Shown piece after piece: positions 12,381 through 25,394 of a stretch of DNA of 49,351 nucleotides. This DNA comes from Octopus bimaculoides (Eukaryota): assembly GCF_001194135.2 (NCBI RefSeq), contig NC_068997.1:41278556-41327906 (forward strand), read 5' to 3'. The notes beneath the pieces are model-generated. The model searched no databases and had not been told where the DNA came from. It was given only the letters and a program-made list of their open reading frames with translations. The position numbers and the translations under genes are program-made. Numbering within the stretch: position 1 is the stretch's first letter; every line of letters begins with the position of its first letter.

Positions 12381-13040
12381 TTTAATCGGATAACCTAATT
12401 AAATCTCAAGCCTTCTTCCTATTTTCGCCATCGTTGTGTATCGAACAATGCAGTGCATTGATAACGCTACAGATTCCTCCTCACAAGGGCTAGTAAAGTA
12501 GAGTTGATAAGGTGTAGGAATAAAGTAGTAATAGAGAATTCTAGATTTAGAAGAGAGCTATTTAGGAACGTAGATGAGGCGCTAAGGGAAAGACACGACA
12601 GCTGATTTACCGGAGTGTGATTAACTCATGAGCAATTCTTCAACGCGAAGCACGAAGGATTATGTGAAATACCGAAATCAAAACTGTAGATTGTTTACTT
12701 TCATCTTAAGAGGAAAAAACATTTAGATAAACCTAAAAGCGTTTCATTAGAAATATCAGTAAAAACAACATTAATTATAAGATGCAGTGATTATAAGATT
12801 CAGCAGAAATTTGGAAAAGATGCAATTTCCTGCAATTTCAATATTCTGTGTGTCAATTTCTTCGTCATCTGGACTGATGAGGCAATAGTATTTATGAACA
12901 TATGGCAGTTATACACAGTGAGAATATCGTTAAACAGGTGATGAAGAGATTAACACACAGAATAATGTTTATGGAATAGCAGGAAAAGAAAAGCTCTAAA
13001 AGAATGTGGTGTATACATTTTAATATTTTTTAATGGTATA

Positions 13041-13237
13041 AGACAGCGAGCTGCTAGAATCGTTAGCACGCCGGACCAAATGCTTAACAGTATTTCGTCC
13101 GTCTTTACGTTTGGAGTTCAAATTCCGCCGAGGTCGACTTTGCCTTTCATCCTTTCGGGGTCGTTAAAATAAGTACCAGTCGATGTAATTGACTTAACCC
13201 TACCCCTAAAATTGCTGGCCTGGGCCAAAATTTGAAA
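13041..13237 (+). mobile_element. Near-complete tRNA-derived SINE family A
   Basis: A-box-like gctgctagaatcgttagc, B-box gagttcaaattccgcc, central domain gtcgactttgcctttcatcctttcggggtcg..aaaataagtaccagt, 3' end aaaatttgaaa. Confidence 0.85.
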
Positions 13238-13892
13238 TGAATATTCTTTAGTCGTATATTTCCGAATTTCTGTGGCGTACAAAAGGAGCAACATCGAGGA
13301 AATTGTATCTTTTCCAAATTTGTACTAACTTATACATCATTATTTCTTATGATTAATGTTGCTTCTAATTAAATACTTTCAAGTTACCAAAATATCTTTT
13401 TGTTTGTTTGTTTCTTAAAATGAAAATAAGCAATATTTGGTTTTCGTTGATGTTTTTATAGATTACCCATTTTCTCGAAAATCCACTCTGCTTCTCCACA
13501 TTTACCTAATTAAATACTTCTAAGTTACCTAAATTTTTTTCCGTCGTAATTCAAATACTTTTAAAGTATTGCTGACTCTTGTACATCATTACATCTTAAA
13601 ATTAAAGTTTACTTTTAATCTTATCTTTAATTAAATACTTATACGTTATCTTAATTTTTCTTCTTTCCTCGAAATACTCGTTGCTTTTAAAATGAATGTT
13701 TTTTTTCTCCCTAAAATACATATTATCTTGTTTCCGTTTCGGCGTTTCAAGAAAACCACTTTATATATTTTATCCTACATTTATTCGAAAATGCGCTACA
13801 ATTCTCCACATATGCGAGAAAGAAATTCTTTTCTTACCAGAATGATAGATTCTATCTAACTTTGGCAAAAGACCAGCAATTTTGAGGAGAGA

Positions 13893-14060
13893 AGCAAGCT
13901 GATTACGTTGACCCCAGTGTGCGACTGGTACTTGCTTTATCGATCTTGAAAAGATGAAATGCAAAGTCAATCTCTGGCATTTGAACCCAAAACGTAAATA
14001 GCCAGAAGAAATGACGCTATGCATTTTGTCCGACACGGTAACAATTCACTACCTCGCCGC
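13893..14060 (-). mobile_element. SINE family A, diverged
   Basis: gaccccagtgtgcgactggtact..gatgaaatgcaaagtcaa..atttgaacc..cctcgccgcc. Confidence 0.7.
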
Positions 14061-14640
14061 CAGAACGATAAATGGACAGCTCATTTCGAAAAGCAAACAA
14101 AAATATTATTTGAAAGTTTTCAGAAGAGAAATTGGTGAACGGAGCTGCATATATCTGTCCAAACAATGAAAGGTAGAAAAAGCTGAATGGTCGCAAGTAT
14201 TAAGGCATCATCTCGAGGTAAATTAATCGAACAGATGTACACTTATATAGAATTACTTTGATTTGCAGAAAACAACGCATTTATGATGTCATGATGTGGT
14301 TACTCTATGTGTCAGAAAGTGTAGCCAAATCTACTTTGAACAACATTGATAGAATTGCATGAATCTCATACTGCCATATCAGACAACAACGACTAAAACA
14401 TTAAAAACAAGACAAAAACTCAAGAATTAAGTCAAATATTGGAAATTCTGGATGTTTTAAACAAAATTAAAAAAAAACTTTTCAAAAATGAATGTTAGTA
14501 TGGCCGTTTCAGGAAAAGGGAATGAGAACACAAGAAATACACATTGCAGTGAATGGGTCTACGTTCGATGTTTTAAAACAAGATGATAGCCACGTTGAAG
14601 CGTCCAATATAGATAATAAAAATTAGAATTTTTATACACT

Positions 14641-14650
14641 GTTATTATTA

Positions 14651-14718
<68 letters not shown>
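14641..14718. repeat. (TTA)n array at the 3' end of the minus-strand R4/Dong element
   Basis: Direct reading. Confidence 0.95.
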
Positions 14719-17700
14719 GAGTGAGTGAGAGAGTAGTGCATACCATCAACGTGATACTGGGATGAAATATACAAAGCTCAGTATACCCATCATGACCACC
14801 CAATTGATGTGCTCGTCATGGTGATCTCATATCAAGATATTTTGAAAGTTTCTCCATTTCTTTTAGAGAAATGTTATCTGTTGGTATTGATACATCAATT
14901 AGAAAGCATTTTTTTTTCTTCATTATCTCTAACAGCTATATCTGGCCTATTTGCCTTAATTTCTCTATCTCTGTGTATTGGCATATCCCATAGTATTATT
15001 GCTTTCTCATTTTCTGTGCCCTTTTTTGGCGTGTGCCTATACCGTCTTTTTTCTGTTATTATTCCATAGTATTGGCATAGCTTCCAGTGTATGTAGGTCC
15101 CAACTCTGTCGTGTCTGTGAATATATTCCTTTTTAGCCAGGACTGGGCAGCCAGAGACAATATGATTTATTGTTTCTTGTCCATCTCCACATATTCTACA
15201 GTTACTTGTTATGTTTCTTTTCATTACACGTTTTTGGTAATTTATGGTGGGGTGGCTTTGATCTTGTACTGCAATTAAAAATCCTGCAGTCTCTGCTTTG
15301 AGTCCTGAGCTTTCTCAGCCATTGTTGGAATTTTTCTTTGTCTATTTCTTTTCTGTTTAGCTTAGCCCAATATTTGTCGTGAAGGGGCTTTTCTTGCCGT
15401 CGTTTTATCATGATCCGTTGCTGTTCTGTTTAGATTTCATTTGTTTTACAGCCTTTGTTATTTCTTCTTTTCCTTCATAGTTGTTAGGTACTATGACTTC
15501 TTGTTTTTATTTGTCAGCTTCCTTAAAGTCGGAAAACAGTTTTTGTTTTGTTCGTGTTTTGTGGTTATTTATATTAGTTTTCCTTCCTTCTGAAGTAGGT
15601 ATTTTTGCAGTCCTCTGGTGGTTATTTTGTAATAGTCTTCTAACTGTATAAGGCCTCTACCACCTTCTATATGTTGTATATATAAACTTTCTATGTCAGA
15701 GTTTGGGTGGGGCATCCTAAATCTTGTTATTATTTTTCTTGTTTTCTTGTCTATTTTGATTAGTTCATTTGGTGTCCAGTTAAGAATATTGTAGCTCTAA
15801 CTTATAACTGGAACTGCTAGAGTGTCAATACCTATTATCTTGTTTTTCGAATTGAGCTCTGTTTTCAGTATTAATCTAACTCGTCTATAGTATTCTTTTT
15901 TTATTTCCTCTTTCATTTATATGGGTTGTATCGTATCTAGTTCATTGATTCCGAAATACTTGTATGCCTGGCTTTAGTCTAATCTTCTTATTTCATTTGC
16001 TTTATCTTGTGTGATGTTGGTACTCTAAACTAGTTTTCCTTTTTTTCAAAGTTGCTTTGGAACATTCTTCTAAGCCAAATTTCATATTTATTTCTTTGCT
16101 AAATCCATGTACTGTCTGTAGTAATGTTTCCAGCTGTTTATCATTTGTAGCGTACAGTTTTAGGTCACCCATATATAAGAGGTGGTTGATTGTTCTGCCG
16201 TAACAGTTGTATCCACATCTAGTTCTGTTTAACACATCAGATAAAGGTGTCAGTGTCAAGCAGAAAAGGAGTGGAAAGAGCGTGTCTCCCTGGAATATTG
16301 CTCTTCTAATGGAGATGGCTTTGGTTTTCACGAGACCCTCTTTTGTTTGGAGATATAGTGCTGTCTGCCATTTATTCATGGAATGGGTTATATATTTTAT
16401 GATTATTGGTGCTACCTTGGTCATGGCTTGTGTTTCTAGGATCCATGTGTGGGGAATACTATCAAAAGCCTTTCTGTAATCGATCCAGGCCATACTTAGA
16501 CGTTTCTTCTTTCTGAGGCTGTCTTCAGCTATGGCTGATCTTGACGGCCGATGTTGATCTTTACAGCCGATGAGCCCTTGCAGCATCCCTTTTGCTCTTC
16601 TGGAAACAGGTTGTTTTCTTCCAGATTCTCAGCGATATTATTGCAGTGAAGGCTTTGTAAATTGTAGGGAGACAAGTTATTGGTCTGTAATTTTGCGGGT
16701 TTGCCGTTTCGGTGGATTTGGGAATTAGGATAGTTTTCCCTTCTGTTAGCCATTCAGGCATTGCCTCTGGCTCTGCTAGTATGTCATTAAATTTCTCAGC
16801 CAACTTTTTATGTGTTCCTGTCAGATACTTAAACCATAAGTTGGGGATCTTATCGTGCCCGGGTGCCTTCCAGTTGCTTAGTTTTTGCAATGCCTGGGTG
16901 ACCTCTTCAGTTGTTATAGAGGCCCAGAATTGTTCAGGTGCTGAGTTCGTTGTTTTGATAAACCTTTTCTGAGGTTGTTCCTTCGCCGACCATATTTCAT
17001 TCCAAAATTCTTCCACTTCTGCTGTTATTGCTGCATTGATGTCTATTTTATTTTTACCAAGTTCTTGGTAGAATCTTTTGGGGCTGGAGTTGAACTGTTT
17101 GTTTTGTTCAAAGAAACGTTGACGTTTCTCATACCGGCGGATTCTTTGTGCTTTCACAAGGATATCTTGCTTTAGCTGTTCTTTTATCTCAGGTAAACCT
17201 TTTTCTGTAATTTTGTATTTACACAGTATTTTTCTTTTCTTGTTGCTTAGTAGTGTTGATTGTCTACTAGTTTCGTTAAGTATTGACAGATCTTTTCTCT
17301 TGTCTTCCATTTTTTCTGGATATTATTTATCAACAGGGTTTTTCTGGGTGGTGGTACTCCTGTTTGGATGTGTTTGAGGGACTATCCAGCTTCTTTTGTA
17401 GGCTGCTGTACATGTTTTATTATCTATTTTAACTTTTGGGAGGTATAATCGGTGGTCCATACTGAGATCTGTGGCTTTTAATTCGTTGATTATGCACATT
17501 TTTAGAGTATCATAATCATTAGGTGTTTTAGTTTGGTGCATTTTGCGCATCATTATACATTCCTACGCTTTGAGTTTTTTGTCTTTCGTTGTTTACTTCG
17601 TTTTTCTTGAACAGGTTACGTCTGTCTTCGTATTTTACAATCACAGTGCTTATGATATTATTCGGCATTGCTTTTAACTGTTCTATTTCTATTTCTGATA

Positions 17701-17800
17701 TTTATTTTTGCTTTGAGAATATATCTCCGTATGTTAGCTAGTTTATTAGAGTTCATTGCTGTATCCAAATTTTTATGTAAGTTATTTTACTTCAAGATTT
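14719..17800 (-). mobile_element. Near-full-length, disrupted R4/Dong-like non-LTR retrotransposon (RT + CCHC + RLE), copy C
   Basis: N-terminal NSNKLANIRRYILK; NWKAPGHDKIPNLW; QNYRPITCLPTIYK; AWIDYRKAFDSIPH; IFQGDTLFPLLF; HLLYMGDLKLY; CRICGDGQETINHIVSGC; RHD; ANRPDIAV. The 3' end runs into (TAA)n. Multiple stops and frameshifts. Confidence 0.9.
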
Positions 17801-17822
17801 TTTATGTATATGTTGTTGTGTT

Positions 17823-19200
17823 TTCGTTCCGTGGGTAGAGCAGAGAGACGAAACTATTCTGCCTTCTCGTCTCTTCCGTCCTGACTCTAAAGCCACTACT
17901 GCTAAAATTGGAGACGTTAAGAGGCATCTCGCGCGAACTAGAGCATGGGAGAACTGTGTCGCCATATGCAAACGACGTCACTGATATAGTGTCAAACACT
18001 AGGCACATACACCTGATCAGTACTGTTCTAGAAAAATACAAGGCGGTGACAGGAACAAAAAATAACCAAGAAAAGTCAGTGGGCCTGCATTTCGGCACCT
18101 GGAGAAGTAGGTCCATGCCGTCCAATAACGTCTTAGGACACTAGACGAAGGACCGGTTAAGTTGCTCGGGGTCTGGTTTGGTCAGGTTCTCCAGATAGAG
18201 AACTGGGACGGTGTGACGAGCAGGGTGGCCGTTATCACCAAGAAATTGGCCGAGAGAAAGCCATCCCTGAAAGGTCAGGTAAAGGTGGCGAATGCTTACA
18301 TCGCTTCCGTTACATATTACCACCTGAACATCATGTCTTGCCCCAGTTTACGCCTGACCAAGTTTGAGCGCATACTCTTTTGCTTTCTATGAAAGCGACG
18401 CGTTCCATTAGTCAGGCATTCGGATTGCTCTCAACACCCGCTGAATGAGCATACCGTGGCTAATGATGCGCAGACATGCTCTGAGACTATGACATCTCCA
18501 GTGTTTCCTTGACAGTGAGCAGGTGTGGTCGTCGTTTGTCAGACAAGATGTTCACACCTTGTCTGTTTGACTGAACTGCAGCCCTCGATCAAGCGTAGAT
18601 GGAGGCAGGGCGCCTGACGCCGTGACTATCATCAGGCGCTCAGAGTTCTTTGTCAGTCGGGCATTGCAGTCTGTGGAAGTTTCATTTTGGCGTTCCATAG
18701 AGGGTTAGGGACAGGCAAATGTGACGACGTTCTGGGGCAGACATTTGGTGTCGACGAGAATCAACTGGCTAGATTCTTCCGGAAGACTACGGATAACTTC
18801 CGGAAATTCTTGGCCTGGCAGTACTACCGGGAGACATTGCCGGTTTGGGATAAACTCTACTAGCATGGAAGTACTGTTAATTGGGCCGGCCCGAAATGCG
18901 TGCAGAGAGATGAAACTGTTCTGCACGCTCTCGTCCAGTGCCTGAGCATTGCTGATTTGTGGGTTTATATTGAACACCCGCTATCGGGTGTAGGACGGAT
19001 CCAGATATCGGCTGAGTCCATCGTGGAAATCTCCCTGCCGCCTTCCTTTGGCCGGGAAGGGCAGGCAGTGTGTTTTTGTCTGGTAGCCTTAGCGAAAGCG
19101 GTTATGTGATGGATCAGGTTGAAAGGGCTGAAGACAGATACTTTCCTCTTTGGCCAATATCTTATATTCACCTCGCCACAGATGTTGCGATTTGTGTCCA
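17823..19200 (+). mobile_element. Decayed Tx1/L1-clade LINE, 3' half of ORF2
   Basis: VSPYANDVTDIVS (YADD), YKAVTGTKNNQEKSVGL, LGVWFG..NWDGVTSRV, C-terminal PKCVQRDETVLHALVQC zinc-knuckle remnant. Confidence 0.85.
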
Positions 19201-20132
19201 GAGTCGAATTCCATTTCAAATGGACCCCTTTATTACATGGATATACTTAGAAAGAACAGGGATTCCTCAGTGTCACTCTTCTAGCTAGTCTTTCCAAGCT
19301 GTAAATCTTTTAGCGCATTTTCGAGAAAAGTGACAAAATCAATGTGGTAGTGAGACACAAATAAAGTTGCTCTTACGTCGAGATGCAATCGGCAACTATC
19401 TATCCAAACTTCAGGACACAGGATCCAGCAAAACTCAACAGTCGCACCCTCACGTGCACTCTACTCGAGCTTCTGGCCAGGAAGGACAGATCCCCTAAAA
19501 CGACCCCCAAAACACGTCTGTCGCTCGACGCTCCGGCGAAGAAAGAGGCTGTTCGAAGACCTTACTTCTTGTCGTGACGTCACTTATCCTCGATCCCGAT
19601 CCCGTTAACCTCGTTGTTCCCTTCATTCCCCCACAAATAAGAAATAAAAGATTGATATTTGAATGAAACTACACAACGACCAATGGATAAAACGATAAGT
19701 TCATATTCCGTTTATTAGCAGAAAATTGTTGCCTCTGATAAAGTTTCTATCTCCAGACAATTTAGAAGACAAACAGGACGGGCGCTAGTGTGCACGGAGC
19801 AGAGTTTGCTTCGTAACCACGTAGTTTGGCGAATCAGTTAAGTGTCTTCATTGGTAATACGGAGTTGACCGACGTTTTCTGAAAGATAAGTAAAGATAGA
19901 CAGTGGGGAAATGAACTCGAACTCGAATTGCTGTAACTCAATAATGCAAGGAATGAAACGGAATAATCAACAGATTCTACAACGTTAGTACCCATGAGAT
20001 GTACCGGAATAATACATTTAACTGCTGACATAACGAGGTGGGTGGGTGTTGGTTGTCTCTACGTAGTAACAGCAATTTTCCTCCTCAAATAACATAAAAT
20101 AACCATTCTAAATGAAGACAGACACAGTAGAC

Positions 20133-20254
20133 CAGTAATGGGCAAACTGCGGCCCGCAGGATTTCCCGAATAACACACTGCACTAATGCGGCTCGCCTGA
20201 AGATGAACCGTGTCTCATGCGGCCCACTTCTCAAAGAAAGGTCGCTCATGCCAC
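20133..20254. mobile_element. hAT-like (Charlie/MER-type) MITE
   Basis: Starts cagtaatgggcaaactgcggcccgc, has subterminal gcggccc motifs and a decayed right TIR; 8 bp flanks cagtagac (20125-20132) / cagtaggc (20255-20262) fit an hAT TSD. Confidence 0.6.
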
Positions 20255-20713
20255 CAGTAGGCTATGTAGTCCTCAATAAGCAAATTTAATTTAGTTATGA
20301 GTATAAGCGAGACTTTTATTTGCTGCAATGCCTTAGATCATAGGTCTGCCGGTTCGGGGTTGTCCTGGGGCTAAAAATAACTGAACAGTCAGTGGTTTTT
20401 CTCTTTCTTGCTGCTGTGACGTCATTACGTTTGCTTCTTTTATGTTGCATTCAACTTTGAACTTTACCAAGAATTCTAATCGATTGGAAATATCATCAAA
20501 AGTAACATTTCAGACCAATTAGTAAAGCAGTTCTGTAGAGAAAGGAAAGATTCCAGAGAATCAGTGCATGTTTACTCCAACTTTAGAACAGTCCAAAATT
20601 GAATCAGTTCATTTAAGTATTCACTGCAACTGTAAGTCTAATTGAAATGACCTCTGCGTATGAGTGTTTGTGTGTCTGTGTGTCTGTCAATGAGTTTATA
20701 TGATTGTGTGTGC

Positions 20714-20717
<4 letters not shown>

Positions 20718-20754
<37 letters not shown>

Positions 20755-21059
20755 TGTGTGTGTGTGTGTGTGTGTCAGATAAGTTGTGTATCGATATAAA
20801 TGCGTTTCGTGTGAGTGTTTGTATACACAACCGTTATATTTAAACATACATGCAACGCTATATATAGCAATATCATAAATACACATATTATTCGTCATTC
20901 TCTTCAGTTATGTGCATGCGTGTTTGTATGTATGTAATACGCACACACACTCACACACACACACATTATTTATATATATATATGTACGTATGTATGTGGG
21001 TATGTATATATGTATATGCATGCGCGCATATATATATATATATATATAGATATATATAT

Positions 21060-21105
<46 letters not shown>

Positions 21106-21228
21106 TGCATGCATCTATACGCACATTTTTCTGTATATACTTATACACATATCCAATATATTCATAAAACATACATACATACACACTTTCACTTACACAC
21201 ACACACACACGCACACACACACACACAC

Positions 21229-21266
<38 letters not shown>
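20718..21266. repeat. Cluster of (GA)n, (TG)n, (TA)n, (GATA)n and (CA)n microsatellites
   Basis: Direct reading. Confidence 0.9.
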
Positions 21267-21644
21267 CACACTGATATGTCAATATCGCAGATGGATATTT
21301 CTCTGCCAGCCAGAAATGTGTGTATTTGCTTCGGGCTGTTTATGCGTATCCGCTGTGCTTATTTGTATGTCTGTTTGATCAATGTTCGTGTAGGTAAATA
21401 TATGTGAAAGTGTGTGTCTGTGTGTGTGTGTGTGTATGCACGGGTATGTATTTATGTGTTTGTAAATGTGCTTCTGTTTATGTACATGTATGTGCGTGTT
21501 TATTCCTTCGCTTCAGAATACTTCTTAGGCGGGTATTCACGAGGATCTATCTTCTCTAATATTGTAAATGCTATTTCTAGTGTCCGTGTTTGTAGGAGGG
21601 ATTGTAACCAAACTCTCTAATTTATGACATATTTTGGTACATAA

Positions 21645-21645
<1 letters not shown>

Positions 21646-21697
<52 letters not shown>
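21646..21697. repeat. (TG)n microsatellite
   Basis: Direct reading. Confidence 0.95.
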
Positions 21698-21698
<1 letters not shown>

Positions 21699-22095
21699 TA
21701 TTTATATAGGAATACGATGAAAGTTGTCAATAGATATTGTAGAGTTAATAATCCCAGGAATGGAAAACTGAAAATTCTACGCAGTTGTTACACTTCGAGT
21801 TTCGCGTTACCGCTTTTCTAGTCTCAGTCAAAACGAGACTAACAAATGCCCTGATTCTAATATGTAAGACTTATTAATACAAAATTTAAAATATGAACCG
21901 CTGGACAGAGGTATTTAGCCTTTGAGGGTAAAAGTAAATTTAAAATCAGGAATAAATAAAAATATCACTGAAATAAAATTAAAAAAACAACGTAGAAGAA
22001 TGAAGATGGAAAAATGGAGAACGATAAGGATGAAGATGCGAAAGAAACTGTAAAACAAACACGGACTTATCATTTAGTATGATACACAGATGGAG

Positions 22096-22132
<37 letters not shown>

Positions 22133-23236
22133 CCTATATATATNNNNNNNNNNATATATATAATGTGTGTGTGTGTAAGTGTATGTGTGTGAGCGAGTGT
22201 GCGTATTTATTTTATTTTATTTATTTATGCTGCCAATCGCCTGTGCTTTCATAATTGTTTAATGACCACCCTCAAGATATCCCTTTGATGCGCTATGGAT
22301 ATACATAAGGATATATGATCATATGTATATATGCATGTGTGTGTGTGTATGTATGTATATGTAAGTGTATGTATGTAAGTATGTATTTATTTGTCTATCT
22401 TCAATCTATCTATGTATGTATATGTATATTTATTATATATTCATATATATGTGTGTGTATGTGTACGCGCGCTTGACGTGTGTGTACACAAAATTATGAC
22501 TAAGAGAAAATGGTCTGAGCAACACGCTTTCTTGCATAGCACTACAATTGTTTCGTAGCTACTTTAGCAGCAGACCATTACCGAAACATTAATACATAAA
22601 ATATAAAATAACACTTCATTATTATTATTATCATTCCAGCAATACTGGTAAGTTTTGATTCTTCCGGCAATTGTAATACAACACAAAAACACGTATAGTT
22701 CCATCCATTTTCTCTTATCCATATTTTTATATAGGCTCCACAAATATCCAGCTATATTATTGCTCTCACTGTATAATAGTAATTGTAAGCAGATACCTGC
22801 AGACGAGTTCTCTAAAGCATACTGCAAAGTTTATACCCGATTGGTACACATGTAACAATGTACAACGAGTGAGAACAACATACCAAGGAGAATTTAGTAT
22901 ATTTAATGCGATATCGTCTTTATACCGCAATCACTTGCAAGGTCTCAGCCTGCACTAATCGATGCAACACGACTAGATGCACAATATCTTACCCTTAAGG
23001 GACAGCTGCAGGATGAGTCGAAACGATCATCTATTATAAACTCAAAGATAGATAGGTAGATAGATAAATTTGTGTGTGCATGTATGTGTGCTATTAATCA
23101 GTTTCATTTCTGTATTTCGTGTCCATAGAGAAAGAGCCGGACTCTAACATAGATTCAAGGCTCCTTCATTGGAACTTTTATCAACATCATCTAGGTATTT
23201 GTGCATATGTGTGTGTGTGCAGTATTTGGTGTTAGT

Positions 23237-23404
23237 GTATGCGCAGATTTGTATGTTTGTTTTATGGATGCGTTTTTATGTATATATTTTCATGTCTAGG
23301 CGTATGCATATGTATTTATGCGCAGATTTGTATGTTTGTTTTATGGATGTGTCTTTATGTATATATTTTCATGTCTAGATGCTTGCATATGTATTTATGT
23401 GCTA
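23237..23404. repeat. 79 bp minisatellite, two visible units running into gap 23405-24191
   Basis: tatgcgcagatttgtatgtttgttttatggatg.. recurs at a 79 bp period (ORF starts 23239 and 23318). Confidence 0.85.
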
Positions 23405-24191
23405 NNNNNNNNNNNNNNNNNNNNNNNNNNNNNNNNNNNNNNNNNNNNNNNNNNNNNNNNNNNNNNNNNNNNNNNNNNNNNNNNNNNNNNNNNNNNNNNN
23501 NNNNNNNNNNNNNNNNNNNNNNNNNNNNNNNNNNNNNNNNNNNNNNNNNNNNNNNNNNNNNNNNNNNNNNNNNNNNNNNNNNNNNNNNNNNNNNNNNNNN
23601 NNNNNNNNNNNNNNNNNNNNNNNNNNNNNNNNNNNNNNNNNNNNNNNNNNNNNNNNNNNNNNNNNNNNNNNNNNNNNNNNNNNNNNNNNNNNNNNNNNNN
23701 NNNNNNNNNNNNNNNNNNNNNNNNNNNNNNNNNNNNNNNNNNNNNNNNNNNNNNNNNNNNNNNNNNNNNNNNNNNNNNNNNNNNNNNNNNNNNNNNNNNN
23801 NNNNNNNNNNNNNNNNNNNNNNNNNNNNNNNNNNNNNNNNNNNNNNNNNNNNNNNNNNNNNNNNNNNNNNNNNNNNNNNNNNNNNNNNNNNNNNNNNNNN
23901 NNNNNNNNNNNNNNNNNNNNNNNNNNNNNNNNNNNNNNNNNNNNNNNNNNNNNNNNNNNNNNNNNNNNNNNNNNNNNNNNNNNNNNNNNNNNNNNNNNNN
24001 NNNNNNNNNNNNNNNNNNNNNNNNNNNNNNNNNNNNNNNNNNNNNNNNNNNNNNNNNNNNNNNNNNNNNNNNNNNNNNNNNNNNNNNNNNNNNNNNNNNN
24101 NNNNNNNNNNNNNNNNNNNNNNNNNNNNNNNNNNNNNNNNNNNNNNNNNNNNNNNNNNNNNNNNNNNNNNNNNNNNNNNNNNNNNNNNNNN

Positions 24192-24420
24192 CTGCTGTAC
24201 TCTTTCACCACAACTTTCTCTCACTCTTACCTCCTGTTTCTGTTGTGCCTGTAATTCGAAGGGTCAGCCTTGTCACGCTGAATCTCCCCGAGAACTACGT
24301 TAAGGGTACACGTCTCTGTGGAGTGCTCAGCCACTTGCACGTTAATTTCACGAGCAGGCTATTCCGTTGATCGGATCAATTGGAACCCTCAACGTCGTAA
24401 GCGACGGAGTGCCAACAACA
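24192..24420 (+). mobile_element. SINE family C, 3' body
   Basis: Reverse complement of 37671-37860 (gggtacacgtctctgtggagtgctcagccacttgcacgttaatttcacgagcaggct), ending in a CAA/CA tail. Confidence 0.8.
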
Positions 24421-25320
24421 CACACACACACACACACACACAGACATATATATATATATGCTATCAAATCTTTCTTTCAAAATATATGGGGTGCAACTGA
24501 GACGTGCTGAGAATATCCGAGACGATCGATAATTAAAGAGATAAATTCAGAAAAAAATTGTGCGTCAATCAACAAATTCCCAAACGCAAAATTTTAAATT
24601 GAGTAAAACGTATATGGATTATGTAAAACAACAGTAGGAAAGCATCTAAGTCATTAAATACCAAAAAGATTTTAGACATTTCAAAGAGCAAATAACTACA
24701 TTACAATAGAAGATTAAACACTAAGAAAAAGTTCCGTTATGAGAGGAAATCCATTCGACGGCCGTTTCTGGAGTACATTTTAGTAAGGTAGGAAAGTTCG
24801 AAAATTTAACTTCTCCAAGTAAATGATGTTCTCTTCATCGAGAAGACGTCCTCTATAACGAATTACATTATAACGGGACTTTTTCCTAATCTTTAATCTT
24901 TTATTGTAATGTAGTTATTTGTTCTTTGAACTGTCTAAAACCTTTTTTTCAGCTTATTTACATCTCGAATATTTTTACAGTCTTTTAATCTATATTTTTA
25001 TCAATATATTTATATGTGGTATTATTATATTTATAGATCTATTGATCTGTTTTAAAATGTATTAATGTATGTGTATTTAAAAAAAAAAAAATGTTTAAAA
25101 TCTTGCGTCTGGGAATTTGTTGACTGGCCTACACTTTGGTTTCTGGGTTTACCTCTTTAATTATAATTATATATATATNNNNNNNNNNNNNNNNNNNNNN
25201 NNNNNNNNNNNNNNNNNNNNNNNNNNNNNNNNNNNNNNNNNNNNNNNNNNNNNNNNNNNNNNNNNNNNNNNNNNNNNNNNNNNNNNNNNNNNNNNNNNNN
25301 NNNNNNNNNNNNNNNNNNNN

Positions 25321-25351
<31 letters not shown>

Positions 25352-25394
25352 ATATATACATACATACATGCATACATACATACATACATACATA

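Noticed and set aside
12870-12900. ctgatga motifs as possible Penelope-type hammerhead ribozymes (also 47647)
   Set aside because: No correctly spaced GAAA core or helices found by eye.
13041-13130. tRNA-like A/B-box sequences here and at 6439-6563, 36330-36416 and 37900-37990
   Set aside because: These are SINE heads followed by SINE bodies; no complete cloverleaf, so not called as tRNA genes.
19360-19650. GC-richer segment ending in a pyrimidine tract and A-rich tail
   Set aside because: Could be a LINE 3' UTR, but there is no second copy or motif in the window to support it.
22564-22860. Overlapping 66-87 aa ORFs with a hydrophobic stretch and possible micro-exon signals (ccag|caatactg|gtaagt)
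   Set aside because: No recognisable domain, contradictory strands, AT-rich context.
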